DNA of 64,000 nt from an uncultured Gammaproteobacteria bacterium (GCA_964445355.1 CAYUKQ010000001.1:12277-76276), one strand, 5' to 3'; counted from the stretch's first letter, positions 1-10,695 are shown. The notes: generated by a model not told the origin, from the sequence alone. Numbers and translations are program-made.

Positions 1-1429
1 AAAAGTTTCTCCCGATACAAATTCGGATAAGGTAAAACGTGCATACGACTTTGCATTTCTGGCTCACGATGGACAAAAACGTGCGTCAGGAGACCCATAT
101 ATAGTTCACCCGCTAAATGTGGCTTCAATACTAATTGACTTCAATATGTATGACACCACAGCTTTAGTTGCAGCGTTGCTACACGATACTCTCGAGGATA
201 CAGCTGTAACTCATCAAGACATTATCAAAGAATTTGGAGCTAAAGTCGATGAGCTGGTTGAGGGGGTTACTAATCTAAAATCAATCCGACTTACCTCAGA
301 TAAGGAGGAGTTTGTTGAGAATCTCAGGAAAATGTTCCTAGCTGCGTCTAATGATATTAGAGTGGCGATTATCCGTTTGGCAGATCGAACCCATAATATG
401 CAAACACTCGAATTTCTGCCTGCACACAAGCAAGAAAGAATTGCCCGAGAAACCCTTGAGGTATTCGCGCCACTTGCTGAACGGCTAGGCATTGGTGAGA
501 TGAAAGGCCTCTTAGAAGATTTAAGTTTCCCATATCTTTTCCCAGAAGAATATAAAAATACACTCAAAATCGCCACAGCAGGATTTGAAAAACTGGATAA
601 ATCATTGCTAATTGCAGAAAAAAAAATTGCTCAAACCCTCACAGAGGAAAATATTATTCACAATATTCAATCAAGAAAAAAACACATTTACTCGCTTTAT
701 CGCAAACTTAACCGAGCTGATATTTCCGGAGACATTTCCAAAATTTATGATCTTCTTGCAATGAGAATTATCGTGAAAAACGTTGAGGATTGTTACAAGG
801 TTCTTGGCCTTGTTCACAAAACATATAGACCGCTACCTGGTTATCTCAAAGACTATATTGCCAATCCTAAAAATAACGGCTATCAATCACTTCACACTGC
901 GATATTTGGTCCAGGCGGGAATATTATTGAAGTTCAAATTCGAGACGAAACAATGCACAAAGAAGCAGAGCATGGAGTGGCGTCCCATTGGCATTATTCA
1001 GAAAAAAAACATCACTCATCGAGTGATCAGATAGATGCAGGATTTGTGGCAGACGAGCGAAAGGTTGAAATTATGCGCCGACTTTCTTCTTGGCAAAATG
1101 AGGTCAAATCAAATGAGGAGTTGCTAGAAAGATTAAAAATTGATCTCTTCAGCGAGAGAATTTTTGTTTTCACCCCAGCCGGTGATGTTCAAGATTTGCC
1201 TATTGGTTCAACGCCTGTTGATTTTGCTTATTCTGTACATACTAACATTGGTAATAATTGTATTGGTGCGACAGTTAATGGTAAGCAGGTTCCTCTTAAC
1301 CACAAATTAAAAAGCCATGATGTTGTTGCTATTATTACCAGCAAAAACGATAAGATACCCAATAGAGACTGGTTGGATTTTGTTGTGACTTCACATGCTA
1401 AGTCTCAAATAAAAAAATTAAATAAATAA
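1..1429 (+). CDS. rel: (p)ppGpp synthetase/hydrolase, RelA/SpoT homolog (5' end cut by window edge; short form ending after TGS domain)
   Basis: Reading frame is open from position 1 (KVSPDTNSDKVKRAYDFAFLAHDGQKR...). HD hydrolase motif HDTLEDT, synthetase-domain motifs (YSLYRKL, DLLAMRIIV, GYQSLHTAI) and a TGS-like region (FTPAGDVQDLPIGSTPVDFAY) are present. Total about 480 aa, shorter than canonical 700+ aa RSH. Confidence 0.85.
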   Translation, partial: KVSPDTNSDKVKRAYDFAFLAHDGQKRASGDPYIVHPLNVASILIDFNMYDTTALVAALLHDTLEDTAVTHQDIIKEFGAKVDELVEGVTNLKSIRLTSDKEEFVENLRKMFLAASNDIRVAIIRLADRTHNMQTLEFLPAHKQERIARETLEVFAPLAERLGIGEMKGLLEDLSFPYLFPEEYKNTLKIATAGFEKLDKSLLIAEKKIAQTLTEENIIHNIQSRKKHIYSLYRKLNRADISGDISKIYDLLAMRIIVKNVEDCYKVLGLVHKTYRPLPGYLKDYIANPKNNGYQSLHTAIFGPGGNIIEVQIRDETMHKEAEHGVASHWHYSEKKHHSSSDQIDAGFVADERKVEIMRRLSSWQNEVKSNEELLERLKIDLFSERIFVFTPAGDVQDLPIGSTPVDFAYSVHTNIGNNCIGATVNGKQVPLNHKLKSHDVVAIITSKNDKIPNRDWLDFVVTSHAKSQIKKLNK

Positions 1430-1470
1430 GATCATTTACAATTTCTTCCACTCAAACTAGAATCACAAAT

Positions 1471-2763
1471 ATGACAATTATCGAAGCAGCAAAAAAAGTA
1501 TCAGAAAATATTACTGTTTCCGGCAGAATCATTTCTGTTCGTGACCACGGCAAAATTAGATTCCTGGATTTGCAGGATCACAGTGGAGTTATTCAGGTCA
1601 TTGTTAAAGACGATATTGAACTTGCACAACAATATACGGCCGAGATCGTCGGAGAAGTCAAATCCCGACCAGAGAATCTTATCAATCCTGAGCTCGAGAC
1701 TGGCAAAGTTGAATTATTAGCTAGTTCAATCAAAGTATTAAGCCGCGCCCAGGAATTGCCGTTCGATTTGTCTGCTCGGGACCTTGATCTAGCCATCGAC
1801 ACCTTACTTGATCATCGTCCGTTAACCCTCAGAAATTCCAAACAGCAATCAATTTTCAAAGTTCAATCTCTAATTGCCAAAACCTTTGGATCAACACTAA
1901 GTGGCCTTGGTTTCACGCAAATATTTACCCCAAAAATAGTCTCGACCTCAACCGAGGGAGGAGCTAATCTTTTTTCGTTAGATTATTTTGGCAAAAAAGC
2001 GTATCTTGCACAGAGTCCACAATTTTATAAACAAATTATGGCTGGGGTTCTTGATCGTGTTTACGAAATATCACCTGTTTTTCGAGCGGAAGAACATGAT
2101 ACCTCAAGACATATCAATGAATACACCAGTCTTGATTTTGAAATGGCTTATATTAAATCTTTTGATGAGATAATGGCAGTTGAGGAAATTTTTCTTAATA
2201 ATCTGATTACTGAACTTTCCCAAAATTGTGGCAAAATATTTAAGGATTATGAAGTTGATTTACCCAAGCTTCCCAAAAAAATTCCTGCTATTACATTAAA
2301 AGATGCACAGATATTGATAAAAAAAGAATTCGGACGGGACAATACTTCCGAACCCGATTTGGAACCCCAGGATGAAAAAGACCTAAGTGTCTATTTTCTT
2401 GAAAAACACCAATCAGATTTTGTTTTTGTCACCCATTTTCCAACAAGTAAACGGCCGTTTTATGCTTTTCCAACAGCCTCTGATCCGGAAGTAACAGATA
2501 GCTTCGACCTCATTTTTCGAGGTGTCGAAGTCACGACCGGCGGACAACGGATACATATTTATGAAGATCTAATAGAAAAAATTAAAGGTCGTAGTTTGGA
2601 TCCGAAAAATTTCGAATCTTATCTAGAGGCTTTTCGCTACGGTATGCCACCACACGGAGGTCTGGCAATTGGTCTTGAAAGGTTGACTGCAAAGTTCTTA
2701 AATTTAGACAATGTCAAAAAAGCCACACTCTTCCCGAGGGATATCAAACGGATTACTCCATAA
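1471..2763 (+). CDS. aspS: Aspartyl-tRNA synthetase, archaeal/eukaryal-type class IIb (AsnRS not fully excluded)
   Basis: 430 aa. N-terminal OB fold (GRIISVRDHGKIRFLDLQDHSGVIQV). Class II motif 2 FRAEEHDTSRHINEYTSLDFEMAY. C-terminal GLERL...FPRDIKRITP. Confidence 0.75.
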   Translation: MTIIEAAKKVSENITVSGRIISVRDHGKIRFLDLQDHSGVIQVIVKDDIELAQQYTAEIVGEVKSRPENLINPELETGKVELLASSIKVLSRAQELPFDLSARDLDLAIDTLLDHRPLTLRNSKQQSIFKVQSLIAKTFGSTLSGLGFTQIFTPKIVSTSTEGGANLFSLDYFGKKAYLAQSPQFYKQIMAGVLDRVYEISPVFRAEEHDTSRHINEYTSLDFEMAYIKSFDEIMAVEEIFLNNLITELSQNCGKIFKDYEVDLPKLPKKIPAITLKDAQILIKKEFGRDNTSEPDLEPQDEKDLSVYFLEKHQSDFVFVTHFPTSKRPFYAFPTASDPEVTDSFDLIFRGVEVTTGGQRIHIYEDLIEKIKGRSLDPKNFESYLEAFRYGMPPHGGLAIGLERLTAKFLNLDNVKKATLFPRDIKRITP

Positions 2764-3715
2764 ACGTTTTGTGTTCCTCAATCTCTTAATTCAAAGATCT
2801 CATGCCTGGTTCTTTCTGGCGTTAATTATTGTTCTGCTCATCAATTCCAAATATCCCAATTTTTATTCCGAAGGCTTGTACCAAAATCTTAAGAGTTATT
2901 CTTCGCCAAAAAATCTTGAATCAAAGTTCCTTACATCTCCTAGCTTATACCCTCAAAAAATTACTAGTTCACCACCACCGGCAACAACTGCCAAGTCACT
3001 ATTTATTGTAGATCCACTTTCAAGCGTGGTTCTCTATTCAAAAAATGAGACAAGTAAACTGCTGCCTGCGTCAACAACCAAACTAATGACCGCAGTTGTC
3101 GCCCTCGAGAATTGTAATATCGATCAGGTTGTTACAGTTAAGCGCGAAAAGGTGGACGGAACGGTTATTGGTCTCTCTGCTGGTGAACAAATCACAATCA
3201 AGGATTTACTTTCTGCAACACTTATCGCCTCAGCTAATGACGCAGCTTTCGCTTTGGCTGATAATTGTTCAGAAAATTACAATTCATTTATGTTCAGAAT
3301 GAACCAAAAAGCATCAGAGCTGAATATGAAAGACACCCATTTTTCGAATCCGGCTGGTCTTGACTCAGTCGATCTTTACTCTACATCACAAGATCTTTCA
3401 AAACTAGCTCGGGTGGCATTTCTCGAATCGCCAATTATTGAACAAATCTCAAACACTAGAACGCTCACACTTAACAATACTCTTTCCAATAAGACCTATC
3501 CGTTAACCAATCTCAACGAACTGTTATTCAGCCTGCCTGGCGTCATTGCGGGTAAAACTGGTACCACAGACGGCGCCGGTCAAAACTTGATTACTCTTAC
3601 AAACAGGCAAGATAAAGAACTCATTGTTGTTGTACTGGGATCACAAAATCGCTTTGAAGAAGCTGGATTGTTGATCGAATGGGCGTATGCTAATTTTGAT
3701 TGGGTTGAATACTAA
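2711..3715 (+). CDS. dacA: D-alanyl-D-alanine carboxypeptidase (PBP5/S11 family serine peptidase)
   Basis: SxxK active site ASTTKLMTAVVALE and downstream SAND-like ASANDAAFALA. N-terminal TM/signal segment. ORF-track start overlaps aspS by 53 nt; an in-frame GTG at 2771 just after the aspS stop is a more plausible start. Confidence 0.75.
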   Translation: MSKKPHSSRGISNGLLHKRFVFLNLLIQRSHAWFFLALIIVLLINSKYPNFYSEGLYQNLKSYSSPKNLESKFLTSPSLYPQKITSSPPPATTAKSLFIVDPLSSVVLYSKNETSKLLPASTTKLMTAVVALENCNIDQVVTVKREKVDGTVIGLSAGEQITIKDLLSATLIASANDAAFALADNCSENYNSFMFRMNQKASELNMKDTHFSNPAGLDSVDLYSTSQDLSKLARVAFLESPIIEQISNTRTLTLNNTLSNKTYPLTNLNELLFSLPGVIAGKTGTTDGAGQNLITLTNRQDKELIVVVLGSQNRFEEAGLLIEWAYANFDWVEY

Positions 3716-3784
3716 ATCTTTACCTTTTTACAAATAAATACTCTAACTCAGGGTCATACCTTAACATCCAAAAATACTCTTACT

Positions 3785-4840
3785 CTATTTCTTTTCGCTA
3801 AGCTGATCCTCTTTGATGATTGGTGAGACACCCACAAAACCATCTAAGCTGTCAAAAACCAAAACCGGCTGAAGATATTCATCATCAAAATCAGAGAGGT
3901 AATAAGCAATATAGACTTTGCGGATAAAAACTGTCCCAGAAACAACTGGCGAAGTAATAATTCGACCTTCCCCGTTCTTCAACTTGGCAAATGCCTCCTC
4001 ACTGGTGGTTAGTGGATAGAATGAACTACTGTCTGTATCGATTTGGTTGTAGCGATAATTTACTTGTGCAATTGATTCTTTTCCGCCGACACCAGTCACC
4101 AAGATTGATACCAGTCCAGATGACTCAGACTCAATTAGTGGAATTTTTTCCAGATCTTTTCTGTGAAAACTAACTTCAACATAGTTTGCTTCTGATAGTG
4201 ATAATGCTTCTTTTAATTGAGTCACCTCCACCTTAATTGGCTTTGCAATAATCTTACTGTCATCGAAGTCTTTTTTGTATAGACTATTCTGATTAAGCCA
4301 CCCTTTAGCTATTCTGATTGCTTCTTCGTTACCTGGCGGAGACACTGAAACATATTCGGGCGAAAATATTCTCTCTGATTCTATATTAAAATTTTTGCTG
4401 ACCGTGTTGTATGTCAGTACTCGACCAGTCACTTCATCGATCCATTGGTAAACATCCCCTTCAACCAGTTGAGGTTCAGAAACAAACCCCATTCTCTCTG
4501 CCGCCACTCTCGCATTTTCCAAGGCAAGAATAGCAGGTGATTGTGTAATGAATTTATACACTTTCTCGTGGGGAGGTAAAAATCCCAAGTCACCTGATAC
4601 CGTTTCTATCTGAAAGTCGAGCTTGGAAGCATCAATATTCTTGTTTGAGAGAAAATTAACCTTTGGTATTTTACCGAACTGGCTCAATACGACATTGTCA
4701 TTTTTTGCAGGAAAATATTTATTTTTGATTGATATTGCCGCGAAAATACTAATTACAGTAACAGCAATAACAATCAGTCCGATTGTTCCAAATACTCCGA
4801 TTCTTTTGACCGCAGCTGCGGTGTCAGTTAGGCTAGACAT
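3785..4840 (-). CDS. Hypothetical membrane-anchored protein (N-terminal TM helix, large extracytoplasmic domain)
   Basis: 351-aa ORF with one N-terminal hydrophobic helix (IGVFGTIGLIVIAVTVISIFAAI). No recognisable catalytic motif. Confidence 0.55.
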   Translation of the reverse strand: MSSLTDTAAAVKRIGVFGTIGLIVIAVTVISIFAAISIKNKYFPAKNDNVVLSQFGKIPKVNFLSNKNIDASKLDFQIETVSGDLGFLPPHEKVYKFITQSPAILALENARVAAERMGFVSEPQLVEGDVYQWIDEVTGRVLTYNTVSKNFNIESERIFSPEYVSVSPPGNEEAIRIAKGWLNQNSLYKKDFDDSKIIAKPIKVEVTQLKEALSLSEANYVEVSFHRKDLEKIPLIESESSGLVSILVTGVGGKESIAQVNYRYNQIDTDSSSFYPLTTSEEAFAKLKNGEGRIITSPVVSGTVFIRKVYIAYYLSDFDDEYLQPVLVFDSLDGFVGVSPIIKEDQLSEKK

Positions 4841-4926
4841 TACTTAGAAATTACTCGCAGTTAATTAATAAACGTTGTAGAATTACTCAGCTTTAGATAA
4901 AGTATATAACAATTCAATCCTAAGTT

Positions 4927-6240
4927 ATGGAAGTCAGAGTAAGAGTTGCGCCGTCACCCACAGGCACACCGCACATAGGTTTTAGCAGAACTGCAGTTTT
5001 TAACTGGTTATTTGCCAAAGCGAACAAGGGAAAATTTATTCTCCGTATCGAAGACACGGATCAGGTGCGATTGGTACCAGGCTCTGAAGAAAAAATTATC
5101 GAGGGACTTAAGTGGCTTGAAATTGAACCCGATGAAAGCCCAATTCTTGGTGGTGAATATGGCCCATATATTCAATCACAAAGACTGGATATTTATCACA
5201 AATACGCCGACGAATTACTTAGTTCAGGTAAGGCATACAAAGAAGATGGGGCTATTCGTTTCAAAACTAAGACAAACGGTGTAACTTCTTGGGAAGATCT
5301 AATTCACGGCAAAATTGAGTTTGCTAACGACACATTTGGCGATTTCGTAATTATCAAATCAGACGGGTATCCTACTTACCATTTTGCTCATGTTATTGAC
5401 GATCATTTAATGCGGATTAGTCATGTTTTTCGTGGCGATGAGTGGATATCTTCAACCCCCAAACATATTCAAATATTTGAAGCACTCGGATGGGGCAGTG
5501 AAATACCTTTTTATGTCCACCTGCCATTAATTGTCGGTCCAGATAAGGCAAAACTCAGTAAGCGTCACGGAGCTGAGTCAGCGATGATTTATCGCGACAA
5601 CGGTTACTTACCAGAAGCGATTTTTAATTTTTTAGCATTACTGGGATGGTCACCAAAAACAGATCAGGAAATATTCTCCAGAGAAGAACTAATTGCAAAA
5701 TTTGACCTAAAAGGTGTCAATCCTACGATGCCAACTTTCAATATTGATAAACTTAATTGGTACAATGGTCAGTATATTCGTGCACTTAGCGACTCAGATC
5801 TGGCTGACAGAATAATAAATGGCAATTTTATTGACACAAAAATTGTCACAAAGGATCAGATCCTCAAAATAATTCCATTGATCAAAGAAAGAATGGTGAC
5901 TTTGAAAGACTTTGAAAAATTCTCTACATTTTTCTTTGGAGAATTCGCACCCAACATTACTGAGTTATCCAAAAAACATTCCGAAAAAGAAATCACAACC
6001 ATTTTAAACGACGCGCTAAATATTTTAGATCACCAGGACACCCTTGACACTTTAAATCTTGAGGAATCATTCAGGAGCTATGTACAAAAAACGCAACAAA
6101 AACCCTCCAATGTTTTTATGGTCCTTCGCGTAGCTGTCACGGGATCCATAGCTACTCCGCCATTGTTTCAAACAATGGAAGTAATTGGAAAAGATGAGTG
6201 TATTAGTAGGATCAAACAAAACCTCTCTCAAATCAAATGA
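4927..6240 (+). CDS. gltX: Glutamyl-tRNA synthetase
   Basis: Class I HIGH-type motif (PSPTGTPHIGFSRTAVFNW) and KMSKS-like KLSKRHG. 437 aa. Confidence 0.9.
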   Translation: MEVRVRVAPSPTGTPHIGFSRTAVFNWLFAKANKGKFILRIEDTDQVRLVPGSEEKIIEGLKWLEIEPDESPILGGEYGPYIQSQRLDIYHKYADELLSSGKAYKEDGAIRFKTKTNGVTSWEDLIHGKIEFANDTFGDFVIIKSDGYPTYHFAHVIDDHLMRISHVFRGDEWISSTPKHIQIFEALGWGSEIPFYVHLPLIVGPDKAKLSKRHGAESAMIYRDNGYLPEAIFNFLALLGWSPKTDQEIFSREELIAKFDLKGVNPTMPTFNIDKLNWYNGQYIRALSDSDLADRIINGNFIDTKIVTKDQILKIIPLIKERMVTLKDFEKFSTFFFGEFAPNITELSKKHSEKEITTILNDALNILDHQDTLDTLNLEESFRSYVQKTQQKPSNVFMVLRVAVTGSIATPPLFQTMEVIGKDECISRIKQNLSQIK

Positions 6241-7028
6241 AGCCCGGACTGTTTATTTTAATTTTAATATTATCTGTAACAGCCTTGGTTTTAGCGGTAA
6301 TTCGATTTAATAATTCACAATCCCAAACATCCACATCAAACACTACTTTACTTCCATCCCCAACACCGGCTGATAATATTTTCGGTAACGAAATTGCCTT
6401 TTCCGCTAGTGATAAGTCTACAATCTCAGCAACACTATATACTCCACTTAATACTCGACCACCGTTTAAATCACTAATTTTGGTGCACGAGTTTGACTCT
6501 GATCGGTCTGATTGGTCAAGCATAATACCTATTCTTTTAGAAAGCGGTTATCGTGTTCTTGCTTATGATCTAAGAGGTATGGGTAGATCCACATCTCAAA
6601 CACCAAAAAGCTCTCAAGAGAAATACTTTGATACCTTAGTTAGTGATCTTTCTGATGGAATTGAATATCTAAGAAATTTACCTGATACTGACAAAGAACA
6701 CGTTGGGGTGATTGGGTCAAGTATTGGTGCAAACATAGTCTATATTCACTCCGGACTGGATCAAAATACTGTCTCGGCAAGCGTTGCGATTTCGCCGGTC
6801 AATACGACGAGTTTTTTGACAGGGAAAAATCTCCCAAAGTTTCGCCCCTCAAATATTTTTTTCGTAACCGACCAAAAAGACTCTATTGCTTCTCAGGATT
6901 TTTTTAGCAAATCAAGTAATCCGAAATCTATCAAAATATATCCTGACATTCAAGCTCACGGAATTGAGCTTCTCAAAGACCGTCAAAAAATTGACGATAT
7001 CTTAAGCTGGCTTAGTACTAATATTTAG
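6237..7028 (+). CDS. Alpha/beta-hydrolase fold protein (dienelactone hydrolase/S9-like), secreted or membrane-anchored
   Basis: N-terminal TM/signal segment. GxSxG nucleophile elbow GSSIGAN. HEFDSDRSDW and LAYDLRGMGRS segments typical of alpha/beta hydrolases. 4-nt overlap with gltX stop. Confidence 0.65.
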   Translation: MKPGLFILILILSVTALVLAVIRFNNSQSQTSTSNTTLLPSPTPADNIFGNEIAFSASDKSTISATLYTPLNTRPPFKSLILVHEFDSDRSDWSSIIPILLESGYRVLAYDLRGMGRSTSQTPKSSQEKYFDTLVSDLSDGIEYLRNLPDTDKEHVGVIGSSIGANIVYIHSGLDQNTVSASVAISPVNTTSFLTGKNLPKFRPSNIFFVTDQKDSIASQDFFSKSSNPKSIKIYPDIQAHGIELLKDRQKIDDILSWLSTNI

Positions 7029-8060
7029 GATATTTTTAACCACTTCACCAACATCTCTTGCAGAATTAGTTTGCATTAATGCAATTCTGGCATCAACTGC
7101 GTTGTCAAAACCTTTACAGTACCAGGCAAGGTGTTTCCTGACTGATAAAAAATTTAACTCAGGTGTTAATATTTCAAATGCCTTTGAGTGTTCGATTGCG
7201 ATATTTAATTTTTTGTCAAAAGAGAAATTCTCACCGGTAAATATTTCCGGTGTACCAAAAGCTGCTCTGCCGATCAGGACACCGTCTATTTCGTAATCAT
7301 CAATTTTTTTCAAAGCCTCTGATCTGGACTTAACATCACCATTACCAATTAGCGTCGTTGTAGTTTTATGAGCAATTTTTGCTGCTTTAGCGATTTCGTT
7401 CCAGTCAGCAGATCCGGTATACATTTGTTTCAATGTTCTTCCGTGCAAAGTTATATTGGCAGGTTCAGCCTCTAACAAGTTTTCGATCCAGGACTCGGTA
7501 ACGACACTGTCGTAACCAATTCTTGTTTTTACCGAGACCGGTAATGGCGTTTTTTTAGGCTTTATATTATTCGTTTCGACAAAGCATTTAACCCAATTAA
7601 TAATATTTTCATTAAGTCCAATTTCCGTAATACTGACTCCTCCCGCCCAGTCGGCTGCTGCTTGTTTGGTTGTGATAATAATTTCTTTAGCCACAGACGG
7701 GTTAAGTATTAACGCTGCGCCACCACCTTTTTTCGCTACATGTGGATCTGGACAGCCCATATTTATATCGATCCCGTCAAATCCCATTTCTGATAATACA
7801 AATGTAGCCTTATAAAAATCATCTGGCGTCGAGCCGAATATCTGTCCGACAACAGGTGTAGCTGTTTTGTGATACACGAAAGCATTCAATAGTTTCTCAG
7901 CCCCAGCAGCAATTCCCTCGACCGAAGTGAATTCGGTAAACAATATATCTGACTTGCCATATTTGTCCACGATATACCTAAAAGCCGCGTCTGTTACCCC
8001 ATCCATGGGCGACATTGCAATAACCGGTTTAGATAATTTATCCCAAAATCCTCTATTCAT
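7002..8060 (-). CDS. dus: tRNA-dihydrouridine synthase (Dus family, FMN-dependent)
   Basis: N-terminal MSPMDGVTDAAFRYIV. TIM-barrel Dus motifs (DINMGCP, catalytic Cys context). Confidence 0.85.
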   Translation of the reverse strand: MNRGFWDKLSKPVIAMSPMDGVTDAAFRYIVDKYGKSDILFTEFTSVEGIAAGAEKLLNAFVYHKTATPVVGQIFGSTPDDFYKATFVLSEMGFDGIDINMGCPDPHVAKKGGGAALILNPSVAKEIIITTKQAAADWAGGVSITEIGLNENIINWVKCFVETNNIKPKKTPLPVSVKTRIGYDSVVTESWIENLLEAEPANITLHGRTLKQMYTGSADWNEIAKAAKIAHKTTTTLIGNGDVKSRSEALKKIDDYEIDGVLIGRAAFGTPEIFTGENFSFDKKLNIAIEHSKAFEILTPELNFLSVRKHLAWYCKGFDNAVDARIALMQTNSARDVGEVVKNILNISTKPA

Positions 8061-8173
8061 TTTCGTAATTATATATTATAGGATTAAATAATCGTTGTAC
8101 GAACAATGCTCTAGACTAATACTCTATTAATAATAAACTCAAATAGCTTACAATAAATATCACTGCTCAAATA

Positions 8174-9829
8174 ATGGAAAACATTTTTTCACAATTGGCT
8201 GTCGCGCTCAGTTTATCTTCATTAATTGGATTCGTTGTACTAAAATTCAAACTTCCTCTCGTAGTCGCTTACCTGCTTGCGGGAGTTGTTATTTCGATCT
8301 TGAGTATAATTGACCCCGGTCATTCCCCGGCATTTGAAGCCCTGCCAGAGATCGGTATTGCCTTTGTTCTTTTTTTGATCGGTATGGAATTAGATTTAAG
8401 AGAGGTCAGGTCTCTCGGTATACCGGTTATTGTTTCAGCGGTTGGGCAGGTTTTTATTACAACCCTTGCCGGATTTGTAATTGCGACTTCTTTAGGTTTT
8501 GAACCGGGAGTAAGTCTTTACCTTGGTCTTGGGCTGGCATTTTCTTCGACGGTGGTTGTGGTTAAGATGTTACTGGAAAAGCGTGAATTAACCTCACTGC
8601 ACGGCAAACTATCGATCGGTATTTTGCTCATCGAAGACATGATTGCAATTGTTGTATTAATGCTGATTTCCGTCAGCGACTCCGCACTTGGTCTGGGACT
8701 TCAGCAGAGCCTGCCGATTCTAACTCTCATACTTAAGGCAATTGGTCTGTTTGTACTTACATTCCTTCTTTCGAGGTTTGTACTTGAGCGCATTTTTGAC
8801 GCTGTGGCAAAATCGGTTGAACTTCTTTTTCTCACAGCCATTACCTGGTGTTTTGTCTTTACTACACTTGCAGTGGTGTCGGGGTTTTCAGTCGTTATTG
8901 GTGCTTTTTTGGCAGGCGTTGCGCTGGCTTCATCGCCGTATCATTTGCAGATCCAGGGGAAAATCAAACCACTTAGAGACTTTTTCTTAACATTATTCTT
9001 TGTTTACCTTGGTTTGCAGGCCAATATTACCGATGTGTTTAATTATTGGCCAACAATTCTTATTTTTACGGTGTTCGCTTTAGTTATTAAGCCAATTATT
9101 TATATTTTTCTCCTTGGTGCTTTTGGTTTTAGAAAACACACAATGTTTCAGTCGGGCCTCAGTCTTTCTCAAATCTCTGAATTTTCTCTGGTTGTACTTC
9201 TTGTGGGAGTCCAAGCCGGTATTGCCTCACAGGAATCACTTTCCGTTATGGCAGCAGTTGCCATTCTGTCAATAATATTTTCATCAACACTAATTAGTAA
9301 TTCCAAACTGATCTACCGTCTTGTTGGCAAGTTTGTTGTTATTTTTGAGCATCATTCAAAGACGCATATTTTTGAATCTCACACCGATCAAGAGCTAGAG
9401 GATCATGTGGTTATTATCGGCGCTGATCAGGTCGGCGGTCCAGTCGTTAATTATCTTCATCGCGAAAAAATCCCCATAATCGTTCTAGATTTTAATCCTC
9501 ACATTGTTCAGGAATACCGCCAGAGAGGTGTTAATATAATTTATGGTGACGCTGGCGATCCTGAAATACTCGAAGGATTGCAGCTTAACAAATCACGGTT
9601 GATCATATCCACGGCCAATGATTTGACCGATAACGAAATGATTATTCTTGAAGCAAAAAAGAAAAAATCACAAGCAGCGATCGTCGTCAGAGCAAGCGAC
9701 AAAGAACACGCACAAATTTTAACGGAGCTCGGTGCCGATTATGTTATCCTGCCGGAACAGGTTTCCGGGGATTTTTTGCTAACACACCTTAAGACCCACT
9801 GGCCAAAAGTGAAATTTCCGAAGATTTAA
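8174..9829 (+). CDS. CPA2-family monovalent cation:proton antiporter with C-terminal RCK/TrkA-N domain (KefB-like)
   Basis: About 12 TM helices followed by a Rossmann segment VVIIGADQVGGPVVNYL. 551 aa. Confidence 0.8.
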   Translation: MENIFSQLAVALSLSSLIGFVVLKFKLPLVVAYLLAGVVISILSIIDPGHSPAFEALPEIGIAFVLFLIGMELDLREVRSLGIPVIVSAVGQVFITTLAGFVIATSLGFEPGVSLYLGLGLAFSSTVVVVKMLLEKRELTSLHGKLSIGILLIEDMIAIVVLMLISVSDSALGLGLQQSLPILTLILKAIGLFVLTFLLSRFVLERIFDAVAKSVELLFLTAITWCFVFTTLAVVSGFSVVIGAFLAGVALASSPYHLQIQGKIKPLRDFFLTLFFVYLGLQANITDVFNYWPTILIFTVFALVIKPIIYIFLLGAFGFRKHTMFQSGLSLSQISEFSLVVLLVGVQAGIASQESLSVMAAVAILSIIFSSTLISNSKLIYRLVGKFVVIFEHHSKTHIFESHTDQELEDHVVIIGADQVGGPVVNYLHREKIPIIVLDFNPHIVQEYRQRGVNIIYGDAGDPEILEGLQLNKSRLIISTANDLTDNEMIILEAKKKKSQAAIVVRASDKEHAQILTELGADYVILPEQVSGDFLLTHLKTHWPKVKFPKI

Positions 9830-9831
9830 TT

Positions 9832-10413
9832 ATGTCCAAAAAAAAACTAGCGATACTGACACTTATTTTATTTGCCTTACTGGTAGGAGCAGCATTTTAT
9901 TTCCGCCTTAAAGAAGCTCGTCTTGATATCAATGAGCCGGATTCTAATCAAAACACTGCAACGGCAACTGATCCAAGTGAAAAAGATGTCTCGGTTCAGA
10001 CATCTACCGATACAAGCGGGAAAAATATTTTTTCATCAATCGACAGTAAGCTTCAGGTGATCTATCCCGCCTCATGGCAGCTTACTAACCTACCCAGATC
10101 TAATCCCGATATTCTTCAGTCAATTACTCTTCAATCAGCAGGAATATTGGCAACCGTTGATATTTCAGAGCAGTATGACAGGATCATTGATAATTTCATT
10201 AACTGTCAGATAAATACCTGTGAAGAAAAAATTATCAACACTAAGCCGGTTATTATTGAGAATTCTCCGCAGGATACACCCAAGATTATTTCACTAACAA
10301 CTATTTTTAATCGCAAGGTCTACAGAGTCACCTTCAATATTGAAAGCGGTACCAATCAAGCGCAAAATACCCAAGCCGTTCAGGACGTAATTTCCACGAT
10401 CAAGTATTTTTAG
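9832..10413 (+). CDS. Hypothetical secreted/membrane-anchored protein
   Basis: N-terminal TM/signal (LAILTLILFALLVGAAFY). No recognisable domain. Start 3 nt after upstream stop. Confidence 0.5.
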   Translation: MSKKKLAILTLILFALLVGAAFYFRLKEARLDINEPDSNQNTATATDPSEKDVSVQTSTDTSGKNIFSSIDSKLQVIYPASWQLTNLPRSNPDILQSITLQSAGILATVDISEQYDRIIDNFINCQINTCEEKIINTKPVIIENSPQDTPKIISLTTIFNRKVYRVTFNIESGTNQAQNTQAVQDVISTIKYF

Positions 10414-10652
10414 CTGTTGATTAATAACTCCTTCTGTAACTTAGATAATGACTTAATTCTTGCTTCTTCTTTTAGTGCTTCTGACCGGCCTGCCATCCTC
10501 AATGAGTAAGCAATCCTCACAGGTCTTCTTGTTCTGGTGTATTTTGAATCAGAATTTATGGAGTTATGTTCTGATAGTCTCCGACTAAGATTGGTTGTGA
10601 TACCAGTGTATAAGCTTCCATCTGCACATCTAAGAATATAAACAAAATACAT
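10410..10652 (-). CDS. GIY-YIG domain protein (UPF0213/YazA-like small nuclease)
   Basis: MYFVYILRCADGSLYTGITTNLSRRLSEHN is a textbook GIY-YIG motif. The ORF track extends to 10763, but the internal ATG at 10652 gives the canonical about 80-aa protein and removes the overlap with the divergent gene. Confidence 0.7.
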   Translation of the reverse strand: MYFVYILRCADGSLYTGITTNLSRRLSEHNSINSDSKYTRTRRPVRIAYSLRMAGRSEALKEEARIKSLSKLQKELLINS

Positions 10653-10695
10653 TTTTCTCACCTGCGTTATTATGATGCTGATATAATTTTGCCAG

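Noticed and set aside
7102-7296. 64-aa plus-strand ORF inside the minus-strand dus gene, and similar small antisense ORFs (e.g. 214..576, 1593..1802, 12176..12394, 26815..27054)
   Set aside because: Embedded antisense within well-supported longer genes. They have no SD or start context and no recognisable motifs.
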